IMG/VR virus record: IMGVR_UViG_3300027816_000087
Location: 1 to 64,000 of that record
Length of the DNA stretch: 64,000 nucleotides
Strand: one strand, 5' to 3'
Source of the DNA: a virus
A program made the translations under genes and the position numbers. The notes under the pieces were generated by a model that was given only the letters and a program-made list of their open reading frames with translations, had not been told where the DNA came from and did not search any database. Shown here piece by piece: positions 8,923-17,626 of this stretch; the stretch's first letter is position 1; every line of letters starts with the position of its first letter.

Positions 8923-10242
8923 TTATCTACTTATTTCTTCCCAATCCATAGAAGCATAAGCTCCTTCACCACCAGATGTTGTGCTAACAGACATTTCTAC
9001 AACTAACTCATAAGGTGTTCCTGTTAAACTATTTCTTTCTAACTGATTGCTAAACAATGCTTCTTTTAGTATGCTTAAATATGGAGATCCTTGATTAGAG
9101 GAGTTTACAAACCCACTAGCTAACACTCTTCCTCCAGTTGCAGATGTAGCTGAAACATTATATTCTACAGAAGAATCGGCTGCTGCTGTTAACCATGATC
9201 CACCAGTAGTTGTAACACCACCATTCACCACTCTCCATTGGTAGTTTTTACCATTACCTAGTCCTAAAAGAGAAACAGCTGTTGGGATAACAATAGCATC
9301 AAGTCTTGTAGATTTAAGTCTTATAGACATAATTGGGTAATATGTACCAGCTACAGCAAAAGTTCTTGGTGCAGTGATGGTTGTACCAGCAGAAAGCTGT
9401 GCACCTCTAAGTTCATAACCTCCCTCAGATATCACTGTAGAACACACTTGTTTTAATGTAGAAGTATCAACTTCATTAGAAGCAAATGATGTATTAAATA
9501 TCTCATAACGCAGTGGTAATGAGGCTGTTGTAATGTATGTAGAAGCTAATACATTAGCATGTTGGAACGTGTGACAAAGAATAAATTGTCCATCAATAAC
9601 AAATCCCATTCTTACAGAACCCACTCCTAACCACTCAAGATCCATCCAAAGAATTTGAGCTTTAGTAAGATCAAGTGTAATTCCTGAAGGACCTGTTCCA
9701 TCTAGTTTATCTCCATTCCAACTCGCTTGAGGAATAGGTGTATTAATTAATGCACCAGTTACAATACTTCGTTTTACAAAAGAAACTGTACTTCCTGCTT
9801 GCTCTAAGTAGAAACCATTATTAGCCCCATAGTATCCCACTCTTTGTGTAAGCCAATTTTTTGCAGGATTCATTACAAAAGTACTAAGAGCTAAGAGTGA
9901 CTTACCTGGTTGATAAGCAAATACTTTGATAGTTTCTCTAATAACAGAAGATCCTAAAGAAGATCCCACTGAAAGGTCTACAAGACCTTGGTTAGCATTA
10001 AATACAGCTGTTCCACCAGTAGCAGTGGCTGTAGCCCACAAATCATTATCATCAAATCTATGACTAGAATCAAACATTGTAAGAGGAGAAGATGTTCTCA
10101 ATCTCCCAAAACTATCTTGTGCTGTAGAAGGAGCAAATGTAATCTCTGTAGGACCTGTTGGAACAACTGGATCATTATTTAAACAGCACACCTTATTGTT
10201 TATACTCTTTAATAAGTATAACATTTGTGAATCTAGATACAT
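8923..10242 (-). CDS. virion structural protein (DSFGRLR...WNGDKLDGTGPSG family) with CC leader
   Basis: DxFGRLRxSxPxTxFD, WNGDKLDG and EWLGVGSVR motifs, recalled from a widespread viral structural family. Confidence 0.7.
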   Translation of the reverse strand: MYLDSQMLYLLKSINNKVCCLNNDPVVPTGPTEITFAPSTAQDSFGRLRTSSPLTMFDSSHRFDDNDLWATATATGGTAVFNANQGLVDLSVGSSLGSSVIRETIKVFAYQPGKSLLALSTFVMNPAKNWLTQRVGYYGANNGFYLEQAGSTVSFVKRSIVTGALINTPIPQASWNGDKLDGTGPSGITLDLTKAQILWMDLEWLGVGSVRMGFVIDGQFILCHTFQHANVLASTYITTASLPLRYEIFNTSFASNEVDTSTLKQVCSTVISEGGYELRGAQLSAGTTITAPRTFAVAGTYYPIMSIRLKSTRLDAIVIPTAVSLLGLGNGKNYQWRVVNGGVTTTGGSWLTAAADSSVEYNVSATSATGGRVLASGFVNSSNQGSPYLSILKEALFSNQLERNSLTGTPYELVVEMSVSTTSGGEGAYASMDWEEISR

Positions 10243-10243
10243 G

Positions 10244-11077
10244 TTAAACAGGTATTAATTCGTTATTCATTATTTTTTCTAACTTTCTCTTCACCTTTTT
10301 TTCTATATCTGGTTCTCTTTTAGAAGCAGCAATAAGATGTGTATATCCTAATGCTTTAGCAGCATCTTCAAGAATCCATCCTTTTCCTCTAGAACTTGGA
10401 TGATGATTTGATAATACATCCACTCGATATTTTCTATGTTTTAATAGATGATATATAGCAAACTGCTCATATATCAAACAAGAAAGGTGATGGTTATAAT
10501 CAAATCCTGAATTATCAAGATATTTTATATATTTAATAGCCTCATCCCACCACTCTTTTATAATACCAAGTTTATTAAATGCTATAAACCCACAGTTGTA
10601 TGCTTTTATCTCTTTACAATTAAACCATTCAGGTTTGTCTTTGTAATGTTTATCAGCGTGATCTATTAAGAGCTTATACCAATATTCTTGTGTTTGATCT
10701 TCTACACATTGAAAGCTTGCGTCAGATGTTAATATACTTTGTGGTGGTTTCTTAAACCATATAACATCTATATCAATATGCATGAAAGGCTTGTCTTGTA
10801 TTTTACATGCATGTATCTTTCCCAAACTCCAATGATTCTTATAAACACCTTTCATAACATGCTCTAAATCAGTGTTTATATTATCAAACTCTAGTGCATG
10901 TTTTTCTACAAGCTCTTTTCCTTTCACATCTGTCACCAAATGCACTTCTTTAAACCACTGTTTAGTGTAATGTAAAGAAAGCTTAAAGCAATCAAACAAC
11001 GCTTCCTCTGTATTAAATCCTACATGTTCTCCTTCCATAGGACTTGTCCATAGTGAATACACTGCTCTTTCTATCAT
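10244..11077 (-). CDS. putative GT-A glycosyltransferase (DUF6734-like)
   Basis: LVTD, WSLGKI, HIDID (DxD), YNCG, EQF and YTHL motifs. Confidence 0.7.
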   Translation of the reverse strand: MIERAVYSLWTSPMEGEHVGFNTEEALFDCFKLSLHYTKQWFKEVHLVTDVKGKELVEKHALEFDNINTDLEHVMKGVYKNHWSLGKIHACKIQDKPFMHIDIDVIWFKKPPQSILTSDASFQCVEDQTQEYWYKLLIDHADKHYKDKPEWFNCKEIKAYNCGFIAFNKLGIIKEWWDEAIKYIKYLDNSGFDYNHHLSCLIYEQFAIYHLLKHRKYRVDVLSNHHPSSRGKGWILEDAAKALGYTHLIAASKREPDIEKKVKRKLEKIMNNELIPV

Positions 11078-12651
11078 ACTTTATATTTATCAAATATTCC
11101 TAATTGATCGTATATTTTAGCAATTTGAATAGAAAGCTTTTTAGCTTCTAAGTCTTCTGTATATGTAACACCATTTATTTCATATGTAAGAGCTACAATT
11201 TCTTCTTCATCTTCAAGATTAGAAGCTCCAAGAGCAACAGATAGACCACTTCCATAATAAGCAGGAGTGTATTCTAATATTTCTACATAAACATAAGAAA
11301 TTTGTGATTGAATATAGTTATTTAAATCTTCTATTGTAATAGCTCCTGTATTATCTCTTTTTGTAGGTCTAAAAGTAATATCTTGAATTCCTTCAATAGC
11401 TGTTCTTATTAAAAGACTTCTTTCATTAATTGTAGGAAAATCACTTACATCATATCCTGGAGTGATTTTAATATGAGTTTTATTCCATTTTAATCCTTGA
11501 CCTTTTGTTAATGTATATACTGGGCTACCTAAAAAATCAAAAGCTAGCCAAATAGGAACTCCTCCATCTAATGTATTTTCTAATACATCATTGTAGAATA
11601 GTCTAACACTGGTTGGGTTGTATTCTACTGGATAAAAAATACCTCCCGAAAAGTATCGATATGCAGTCCAAGCACCTTCTTGGATTGTTCCTTTCGATTG
11701 CCATACACCATTATCTGAATCACCTCCTAAATAAGAGCAATTTGTAATATCACTATTATCATTATATTTTGTCTCTCTAAGATTTTGAGCAAGCCATATT
11801 TGTGTTCCTATTTTAACTGTAACATATGTCTTACCATCATTTCCTGTATAAGGATCTAAAGAGCTTGTATCTGACGTATCACCATCATTAAGAAGAAGTT
11901 CTCCAGCTGTTGCTTCTCTCACTAGTCTCACTGAAAGACCATTTGATTTATCATAAGCTTGTTTAATAAAATCTGGAGAATTGAAATTATATACCCAAGA
12001 ATCTGTAGCACTAAAAGATATTGATGTCCAAAAACCACTATAAACACCTATACTAGCAAATACTCCAATATTATTACGTACTCCACCAGGTAAAGCACTA
12101 AAATTATAATCATCTGTTCCTCCACCATTACTTAACCATCCATAAAAAGGATAACCTGTAGAAGTTAATGTAGATTTAAGTTTATTAAAAGAAGATGAAC
12201 TACCACCAGCAAATGTTTGCAATGTATCATAATCTGTATCACTAGGAACTCTCCATTCATTAGGAGCTGTAAGTCCTGTACCACCACTAGGATTTTCTAA
12301 TTTTCTAACATCTGTAACAGCATACCAATTATACAAATAACCATATCCAGGCCATGCTACTGTTTGCATAGCTATTTTAGCTCTATATACTTTATAGGGT
12401 AATGGTTCACTTATAACTTTTAATGTCATCTCTCCTGTATTACTCCAAGATTGAACACTAGTTCCTTCAATTGTTAAATTATTAACAGGTGAAAATCCAT
12501 TAACAGTGAGAGATCCTCCACCACCTCCTCCACCATTATTAATTGCATCAATAACATAGTTAAGATGGGCTAGACGTGCTAGTTCTGTGTCTCCTTGTAT
12601 TTTTCCTAAATAAGGATCAGGACTTTGTGCTTTAATTCTTCTGATTGGCAT
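11074..12651 (-). CDS. virion fibre/adhesin-like protein with Fib_succ_major-like domain
   Basis: YLYNWYAV, WRVPS, FSALPGG, SVRLVR and TVKIGTQIWLAQNL motifs; poly-Gly linker. Confidence 0.75.
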   Translation of the reverse strand: MPIRRIKAQSPDPYLGKIQGDTELARLAHLNYVIDAINNGGGGGGGSLTVNGFSPVNNLTIEGTSVQSWSNTGEMTLKVISEPLPYKVYRAKIAMQTVAWPGYGYLYNWYAVTDVRKLENPSGGTGLTAPNEWRVPSDTDYDTLQTFAGGSSSSFNKLKSTLTSTGYPFYGWLSNGGGTDDYNFSALPGGVRNNIGVFASIGVYSGFWTSISFSATDSWVYNFNSPDFIKQAYDKSNGLSVRLVREATAGELLLNDGDTSDTSSLDPYTGNDGKTYVTVKIGTQIWLAQNLRETKYNDNSDITNCSYLGGDSDNGVWQSKGTIQEGAWTAYRYFSGGIFYPVEYNPTSVRLFYNDVLENTLDGGVPIWLAFDFLGSPVYTLTKGQGLKWNKTHIKITPGYDVSDFPTINERSLLIRTAIEGIQDITFRPTKRDNTGAITIEDLNNYIQSQISYVYVEILEYTPAYYGSGLSVALGASNLEDEEEIVALTYEINGVTYTEDLEAKKLSIQIAKIYDQLGIFDKYKV

Positions 12652-12669
12652 GACATATTGTTTTAAATT

Positions 12670-13197
12670 TTAAGCTTCATTTGTTGATAGAGCACCATTA
12701 GATGCTAAGAACACTCTACGAATATTAGTGGGTTGTGAATTATAAGCTGGGCGTCTAGCTTGTGATAGGCGTGATTTAGCTATTCTTGCTACACTCACCT
12801 TATTTCCTTGATTTCCTCCAAGAACATGATATGCTGTATCATCTTCTCCTACATAAAAACCTACATGCCCACCTGATTTTCTAGTGAATGTAAGAACATC
12901 TCCAAGCATTGGAGTGGTCACTCTTACACCAAAATTATTCCAATTGAGAGCCCAAAGAGGTTTTTCTACAACAGGACGCTGCGCTCTATGTATAACAACA
13001 GCAGTGTAGAGTCCACACCAAGGAATCTCATCCGATGTATATACATTCTGTAGTCCTAGTTCTCTAGCCCATCCCATAATAACAGGATTGTGTATAGATC
13101 CCACTGTCTCTGTAACACCAAAAAGCTCTACAGCTTTAAGAAGATGTCTAGGAGCAGGTTCTTGAGCTAACCATTGATATGCTTTAGGTAGGTTCAT
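12670..13197 (-). CDS. putative endolysin, TIGR02594/CHAP-NlpC-type cysteine peptidase
   Basis: DEIPWCG, GGHVGFY and LGGNQ motifs (Cys-His catalytic pair). Confidence 0.8.
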   Translation of the reverse strand: MNLPKAYQWLAQEPAPRHLLKAVELFGVTETVGSIHNPVIMGWARELGLQNVYTSDEIPWCGLYTAVVIHRAQRPVVEKPLWALNWNNFGVRVTTPMLGDVLTFTRKSGGHVGFYVGEDDTAYHVLGGNQGNKVSVARIAKSRLSQARRPAYNSQPTNIRRVFLASNGALSTNEA

Positions 13198-13210
13198 TTG
13201 TTTTATTCTT

Positions 13211-13681
13211 TTAAGCTTCTTGTAAAATTAAGTCAATCCTAAATGGAGAAGGACATAGTGTAAATTCAGTAGTTGTATTTAGTATAATATCTGATCCATT
13301 AAATACAAATGTTCCAATGTTATACCCTAAAATTGATGAAAAATCACTATTTAAGTAATTAATTACATCACTAATACTAGTAAACACAATATTAGGAAGA
13401 AATATAGTATAATTGTGACTAATATAAACTTCACTAGTAAATTCTCCACAGTTTATGCGAATACCAATTTCATTAATTGGTACATTTAAACTTAAATCCC
13501 CATAATTTAACTGTTTTATAACAGGTTGAAAACACTCACCACCATCACAACATTGATCCACTGTCACTTCTTTCCATAAAGAAGACTTATCAGGATATCC
13601 ACCATTAGTAGTGATGATAAGTGATCCAGGTACTATCTCTCCTGATTTAGTGTAGCGTACAAACGCGCGTTTTTTTGACAT
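13211..13681 (-). CDS. putative virion accessory protein, MSKKRAFVRY...CC family (paralog 2)
   Basis: N-terminus nearly identical to 13800-14600; C-terminus weakly similar to 6274-6729 (DVINYLNSDFS vs DLVQVLNENFS). Confidence 0.75.
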   Translation of the reverse strand: MSKKRAFVRYTKSGEIVPGSLIITTNGGYPDKSSLWKEVTVDQCCDGGECFQPVIKQLNYGDLSLNVPINEIGIRINCGEFTSEVYISHNYTIFLPNIVFTSISDVINYLNSDFSSILGYNIGTFVFNGSDIILNTTTEFTLCPSPFRIDLILQEA

Positions 13682-13687
13682 GTCTAA

Positions 13688-13786
13688 TTATTTTTTAGGT
13701 CTAGGAAGTGTTGTAGGTCTTGGTCTAGTGGTTCCACCTTTAGGTTTTCCACATCCACATCCGTAAATTGCTGTTTCTTTTATCAT
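13688..13786 (-). CDS. small GCGCG peptide (not in ORF track)
   Basis: Hand translation MIKETAIYGCGCGKPKGGTTRPRPTTLPRPKK (32 aa); fills the intergenic gap. Confidence 0.5.
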   Translation of the reverse strand: MIKETAIYGCGCGKPKGGTTRPRPTTLPRPKK

Positions 13787-13799
13787 GGTTTAAGGTTTT

Positions 13800-14600
13800 T
13801 TATATATCTTTTATTAAACGTACCGATTGTCCATAGAGTTTATCATTACCCTGATACTGTACTCTATGATATTGTGAATCAAAAATTATACAACCAACCC
13901 AACCTGGATTTGTTATATTTTCTTCCTGTGTCCAAAAATTTGCATAATTGTTACCACCTGCTACAATACCTGTAAAATTTGTTGAACTTAAAAATTGTCC
14001 ATCAGTAGATCTATACCCTGAAGGTAAAATTGAAAAACCATATTCATTAGTAGATGAAGAAATTCCAAAACCTATTGTCCACAAACCCGTATTATTATCA
14101 ATAAAACCTGATGTTTTTAATTTACTACCTGGTCCAAATAATAAATCGTTTGGACTACAATCTATGCAATTAAATAAATTTTGCCAGTCTTCTAAAACTG
14201 GAATTCGCCATCCTTCTGGTGCTAAACCTCTAGGGTCCATAATTGCATATCCATTATACAATTTACCATACACTCTTCCAAATGCAGTATCATTATTATA
14301 ATAACACCATGCAGGTGTAGTTAAAGAAGCCCATGCTGCATCATCTGTCACTTCAGGAATAGGATCACCATTTCTAAATGTTGTTCCATCAAAGTTTTCA
14401 AATGCCCAGTTCTCTGTACAAAAAGGTGTTATTGGAGGACAATTCCCACCATTATCACCATCACCACAACACTTATCAGCAATTACCTCTTGCCACAATG
14501 AACTTTTATCTGGGTAGCCTCCATTGGTAGTAATAATTAACGACCCTGGAACTATCTCACCAGATTTTGTATAACGTACAAATGCTCTTTTCTTGCTCAT
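13800..14600 (-). CDS. MSKKRAFVRY...CC family paralog 3 fused to a Fib_succ_major-like domain
   Basis: FRNGDPIP, AWCYYNND, YGKLYN, LAPEGWRIP, YGFSILPSGYR and SVRLIKD in canonical order. Confidence 0.8.
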   Translation of the reverse strand: MSKKRAFVRYTKSGEIVPGSLIITTNGGYPDKSSLWQEVIADKCCGDGDNGGNCPPITPFCTENWAFENFDGTTFRNGDPIPEVTDDAAWASLTTPAWCYYNNDTAFGRVYGKLYNGYAIMDPRGLAPEGWRIPVLEDWQNLFNCIDCSPNDLLFGPGSKLKTSGFIDNNTGLWTIGFGISSSTNEYGFSILPSGYRSTDGQFLSSTNFTGIVAGGNNYANFWTQEENITNPGWVGCIIFDSQYHRVQYQGNDKLYGQSVRLIKDI

Positions 14601-14609
14601 ATTGTTAGT

Positions 14610-14885
14610 TTATTCTGCAGGTGGCGCAAGTGGTTGATTATCAATCTTACTACTTACATAGCTTGAATAAGTTGTTAAAGACAAAAGAGCTGCTATAAGA
14701 GCAGCTTCAAGTCCAAGTAGCATTGCTACATCTGCGTAAGATTTTCCCATCTCCCACTTATGTATAATGTGAGAGGTGTTTCTTACAAGATCTACAGAGA
14801 ACACTAACGCAAGTACTCTTCTAATAGAAAGCTTGTTGTTAGTTCCCAACCAAATTGGTTCTATATATTTAAACAACTTTTTCAC
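14610..14885 (-). CDS. putative holin-like membrane protein
   Basis: 91 aa with two hydrophobic segments; near the endolysin gene. Confidence 0.5.
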   Translation of the reverse strand: MKKLFKYIEPIWLGTNNKLSIRRVLALVFSVDLVRNTSHIIHKWEMGKSYADVAMLLGLEAALIAALLSLTTYSSYVSSKIDNQPLAPPAE

Positions 14886-15196
14886 ACAGACTCTGTTTCA
14901 AATACTTTTTTATTTCTACCATCTATACACAATCCATTACAAACTAACATCATATCAGTATTAGGTATAGTTGGTAGATTTTTTGTTGGTTTAGGTGTTA
15001 CTACCCCTCTTGAAAACACATGTCGCTCCAAGTTGTCAATTCTAGTTTTATCAATGTTTGATTGCTGCATTAATGCTTTAACATCTGATTTAATCTCTCT
15101 TATATCTTGCCAGATATATGTTGCAAAAATTGATAAAAGAATAGGGAAAACCCATGCTTTTATTTGTTCTACAGCAGATAATTTACGAGCAACCAT
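14882..15196 (-). CDS. small single-TM coiled-coil protein (lysis-module candidate)
   Basis: AWVFPILLSIFATYIW TM segment then a heptad coiled coil; ATG at 15196. Confidence 0.55.
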   Translation of the reverse strand: MVARKLSAVEQIKAWVFPILLSIFATYIWQDIREIKSDVKALMQQSNIDKTRIDNLERHVFSRGVVTPKPTKNLPTIPNTDMMLVCNGLCIDGRNKKVFETESV

Positions 15197-15241
15197 TGAT
15201 AAAAAAGTTAGAAGTTTACATAAAAAAAATTTGTTGGTTTC

Positions 15242-15250
15242 TTATCCACA
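15242..15250 (+). promoter_or_regulatory. perfect DnaA box (TTATCCACA)
   Basis: Exact R1-type consensus in the divergent intergenic region, 100 nt upstream of a DnaA domain-IV gene. Confidence 0.55.
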
Positions 15251-15292
15251 CCATACCTTTACAGCATGCTGATGTTGTAAAAACTATGGAGA

Positions 15293-15308
15293 TTACAATA
15301 TAATATAC
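15293..15308 (-). promoter_or_regulatory. putative late promoter motif GTATATTATATTGTAA
   Basis: Upstream of the structural/lysis operon; near-copy at 51679-51695. Confidence 0.4.
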
Positions 15309-15349
15309 GATTTTTTAAAGATTTTTCCTATTATAAACAATTAAATTTA

Positions 15350-15877
15350 ATGCTGATGAGTGAAATCAATTATGAAGAGAAATTAGAGTACAAACTTATT
15401 GGAGAATTCAAAAGATTGTTCTATAGAAAGATGGGCTATGAGCCTGTTGTCATCTCTAGAAATCACAAAGAATTAGATCCAACAAAAGATGGACATTATG
15501 AATTAAAACCTGTAAATCTAAAAAGTTTAAGAGAGTGGTTTAATGAAATCACGCCTTTTAAAAGTGGTGAAAGATTAAAATTAGAAACACGAAAAAGGTA
15601 TAGAGAAGTTGTACATTTTCGTATGATTTATTCTTTTATAGCAAGAATGATGGGTCATTCCTTTGTTGGGATAGGTAGAGCATTAGGTAGAGATCATAGT
15701 ACTATTATGCATAATGTTCAAACTACCAAAGATCTTTTAGAAACAAACCCTCAGTTTAGACAAATCTATTCTGAAATATTTGAATATATAAAAGAAAAAA
15801 TACAAAAAAATGACTCAAAACTTCTGGAATGTAGCAATCAGACACAGGATAACGATGAACCAACTCTACTTTCTTGA
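15350..15877 (+). CDS. DnaA C-terminal (domain IV) helix-turn-helix protein
   Basis: RYREVVHFRMIYSFIAR...IGRALGRDHSTIMH matches the DnaA signature (IG..FGGRDHTTV.H); no AAA+ domain. Confidence 0.8.
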   Translation: MLMSEINYEEKLEYKLIGEFKRLFYRKMGYEPVVISRNHKELDPTKDGHYELKPVNLKSLREWFNEITPFKSGERLKLETRKRYREVVHFRMIYSFIARMMGHSFVGIGRALGRDHSTIMHNVQTTKDLLETNPQFRQIYSEIFEYIKEKIQKNDSKLLECSNQTQDNDEPTLLS

Positions 15878-16400
15878 TTGCTGTAGATATCGCATACAAC
15901 CAGATAGTCTTATAAACAAAAATGCAGAAGCTATGATATGCCAATCTAAAGGATTGATATCTGAAGATGGCATACTTACACCAAAAGCTTTGCAGATACT
16001 AGAAGAGTTAGACATCTATGTTGTAAAAACTAAGAAAAAGGTGGCTGCTGAAGTGTTAGGTGAAGACTTCATGACGAAGATTAAAGAGTATAGGGAGATA
16101 TTCCCTGCTAAACGTCTTCCATCAGGTGAGCTAGCTAGACAAACAGTAAATGAGCTAAAAGACAAATTCGTGTGGTTTTTCAAAACCTACCCCGAATTTA
16201 CATGGGAACTTGTATTAGATGCTACAGATTATTATGTAGCTAGATACGCAAAAACTGATTATTTGTATATGCAAACTAGTAGTTATTTTATAAAGAAAAA
16301 GACAGATTCTAGTGGAGGATATACATCTAAACTAGCAGATACGTGTCAACAGTTATTAGATAACCCAAATATTGTAAACGAAATAAACGAAATGGTATGA
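15810..16400 (+). CDS. hypothetical protein, possible replication initiator/helicase loader
   Basis: 196 aa; wHTH-like N-terminus; lies shortly upstream of the DnaB-like helicase; function inferred from position. Confidence 0.6.
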   Translation: MTQNFWNVAIRHRITMNQLYFLDCCRYRIQPDSLINKNAEAMICQSKGLISEDGILTPKALQILEELDIYVVKTKKKVAAEVLGEDFMTKIKEYREIFPAKRLPSGELARQTVNELKDKFVWFFKTYPEFTWELVLDATDYYVARYAKTDYLYMQTSSYFIKKKTDSSGGYTSKLADTCQQLLDNPNIVNEINEMV

Positions 16401-16597
16401 TAGAATATAATCAAGCTAAAATCGATGAAATGTATCAAGCATGCACCACTCAATTATCAGATGAAATAAGAGTGACTAGACATGACTTATTTGTATTAGC
16501 AGCTAAAAATCTTATGAGCGATGCTTTTATACAAGGCATGAACTATGCTATGAATAGATTAAATGAAAAAATAGTAGAGAATGATCAAAAACACTAA
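16397..16597 (+). CDS. hypothetical protein
   Basis: 66-aa ORF overlapping both neighbours. Confidence 0.55.
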   Translation: MIEYNQAKIDEMYQACTTQLSDEIRVTRHDLFVLAAKNLMSDAFIQGMNYAMNRLNEKIVENDQKH

Positions 16598-17615
16598 TAG
16601 ACCAGGTGGAGCTAAGTTTATTCATGAGATATACGAAGAAGGTCTACAGTATATCAAAGATAGAAGAGATGGTAGAATTAGATCGTTTAAAACTCCATGG
16701 TTAGGATTAAATGATGCTACACTAAACGGACTAGAATGGGGATCACTACTCACTATAGGAGCTAGACCTGGTCAAGGTAAAACTCTTATGGTGGGTCAAA
16801 TACTTAGAGAAAGCTATCAGCACAATCCAGATCAACACTTTAACATTTTAGAGTTTCAGTTTGAGATGGGTCCCAAGCAATCTGCATCTAGAGAATTTGC
16901 TGCACAAGTAGCACTAGACTATAATCAAGTGTTAAGTACAAAGGAACAGATAAGCACCTTTGCATTACAACATATTGAGAGGTTTACAAGACACTCTAGA
17001 CAATTAGCTGACAAAGGTGTGTTTAGAATTCAAATCAATAAGCCCTGTAATTGGAGACAAATAAAAGAATATGTCCACTATTACTATGATGATATGGGAT
17101 CTAAACCACTGATTGTCACCATAGATCATAGCTGGCTTATTAAGCAAGCATCTGATGAGAAAGAAAAGCTTAACACTCTTTATAACACTGTAGAGATGCT
17201 CATGGAACTAAAAAACGAGCTTCCTGTTATTGTTATGATGATTACACAGCTTAACAGAACATTAGATGAGGCAAGTAGAAAAACTCCAGGAAATATTGCT
17301 AATTTTCCTACTAGCTCAGATATATTTGGTGGCGATGCTCTTATGCAGGGTAGTGATGCTGTACTTGCAATGGCTAGACCAGGTATAAATGGTATAAAAC
17401 AATATGGCCCAGATAAGTTGCCGTGTGATCCAAATTTAGTATATTTACATCCATTAAAACTTAGAAATTCCAAAAACGAAAATGAGCTATTGTACATGCA
17501 AGCAGAGTTTAGCTTACAGAAATTAGTAGAAATACCAAAACCTATAAGTACAACCTCTACATCTTATGTACGTAGATCCATTAGACCATCAGCCGATATT
17601 GGCTCAGAAATTTAA
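16581..17615 (+). CDS. DnaB-like (SF4) replicative helicase
   Basis: GARPGQGKT, FQFEM, IDH, TQLNR, SDIFGGDALMQ and LKLRN motifs; lacks the N-terminal domain of bacterial DnaB. Confidence 0.88.
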   Translation: MIKNTNRPGGAKFIHEIYEEGLQYIKDRRDGRIRSFKTPWLGLNDATLNGLEWGSLLTIGARPGQGKTLMVGQILRESYQHNPDQHFNILEFQFEMGPKQSASREFAAQVALDYNQVLSTKEQISTFALQHIERFTRHSRQLADKGVFRIQINKPCNWRQIKEYVHYYYDDMGSKPLIVTIDHSWLIKQASDEKEKLNTLYNTVEMLMELKNELPVIVMMITQLNRTLDEASRKTPGNIANFPTSSDIFGGDALMQGSDAVLAMARPGINGIKQYGPDKLPCDPNLVYLHPLKLRNSKNENELLYMQAEFSLQKLVEIPKPISTTSTSYVRRSIRPSADIGSEI

Positions 17616-17626
17616 AATTTACAAGT

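Noticed and set aside
11074-14600. Diversity-generating retroelement targeting the Fib_succ_major-like domains
   Set aside because: No reverse transcriptase and no adenine-specific template/variable repeat pair seen; paralog differences are ordinary synonymous changes. An RT outside the window cannot be excluded.
15350-15877. Bacterial chromosomal dnaA/oriC region
   Set aside because: Only domain IV is present and all neighbours are phage-type genes.
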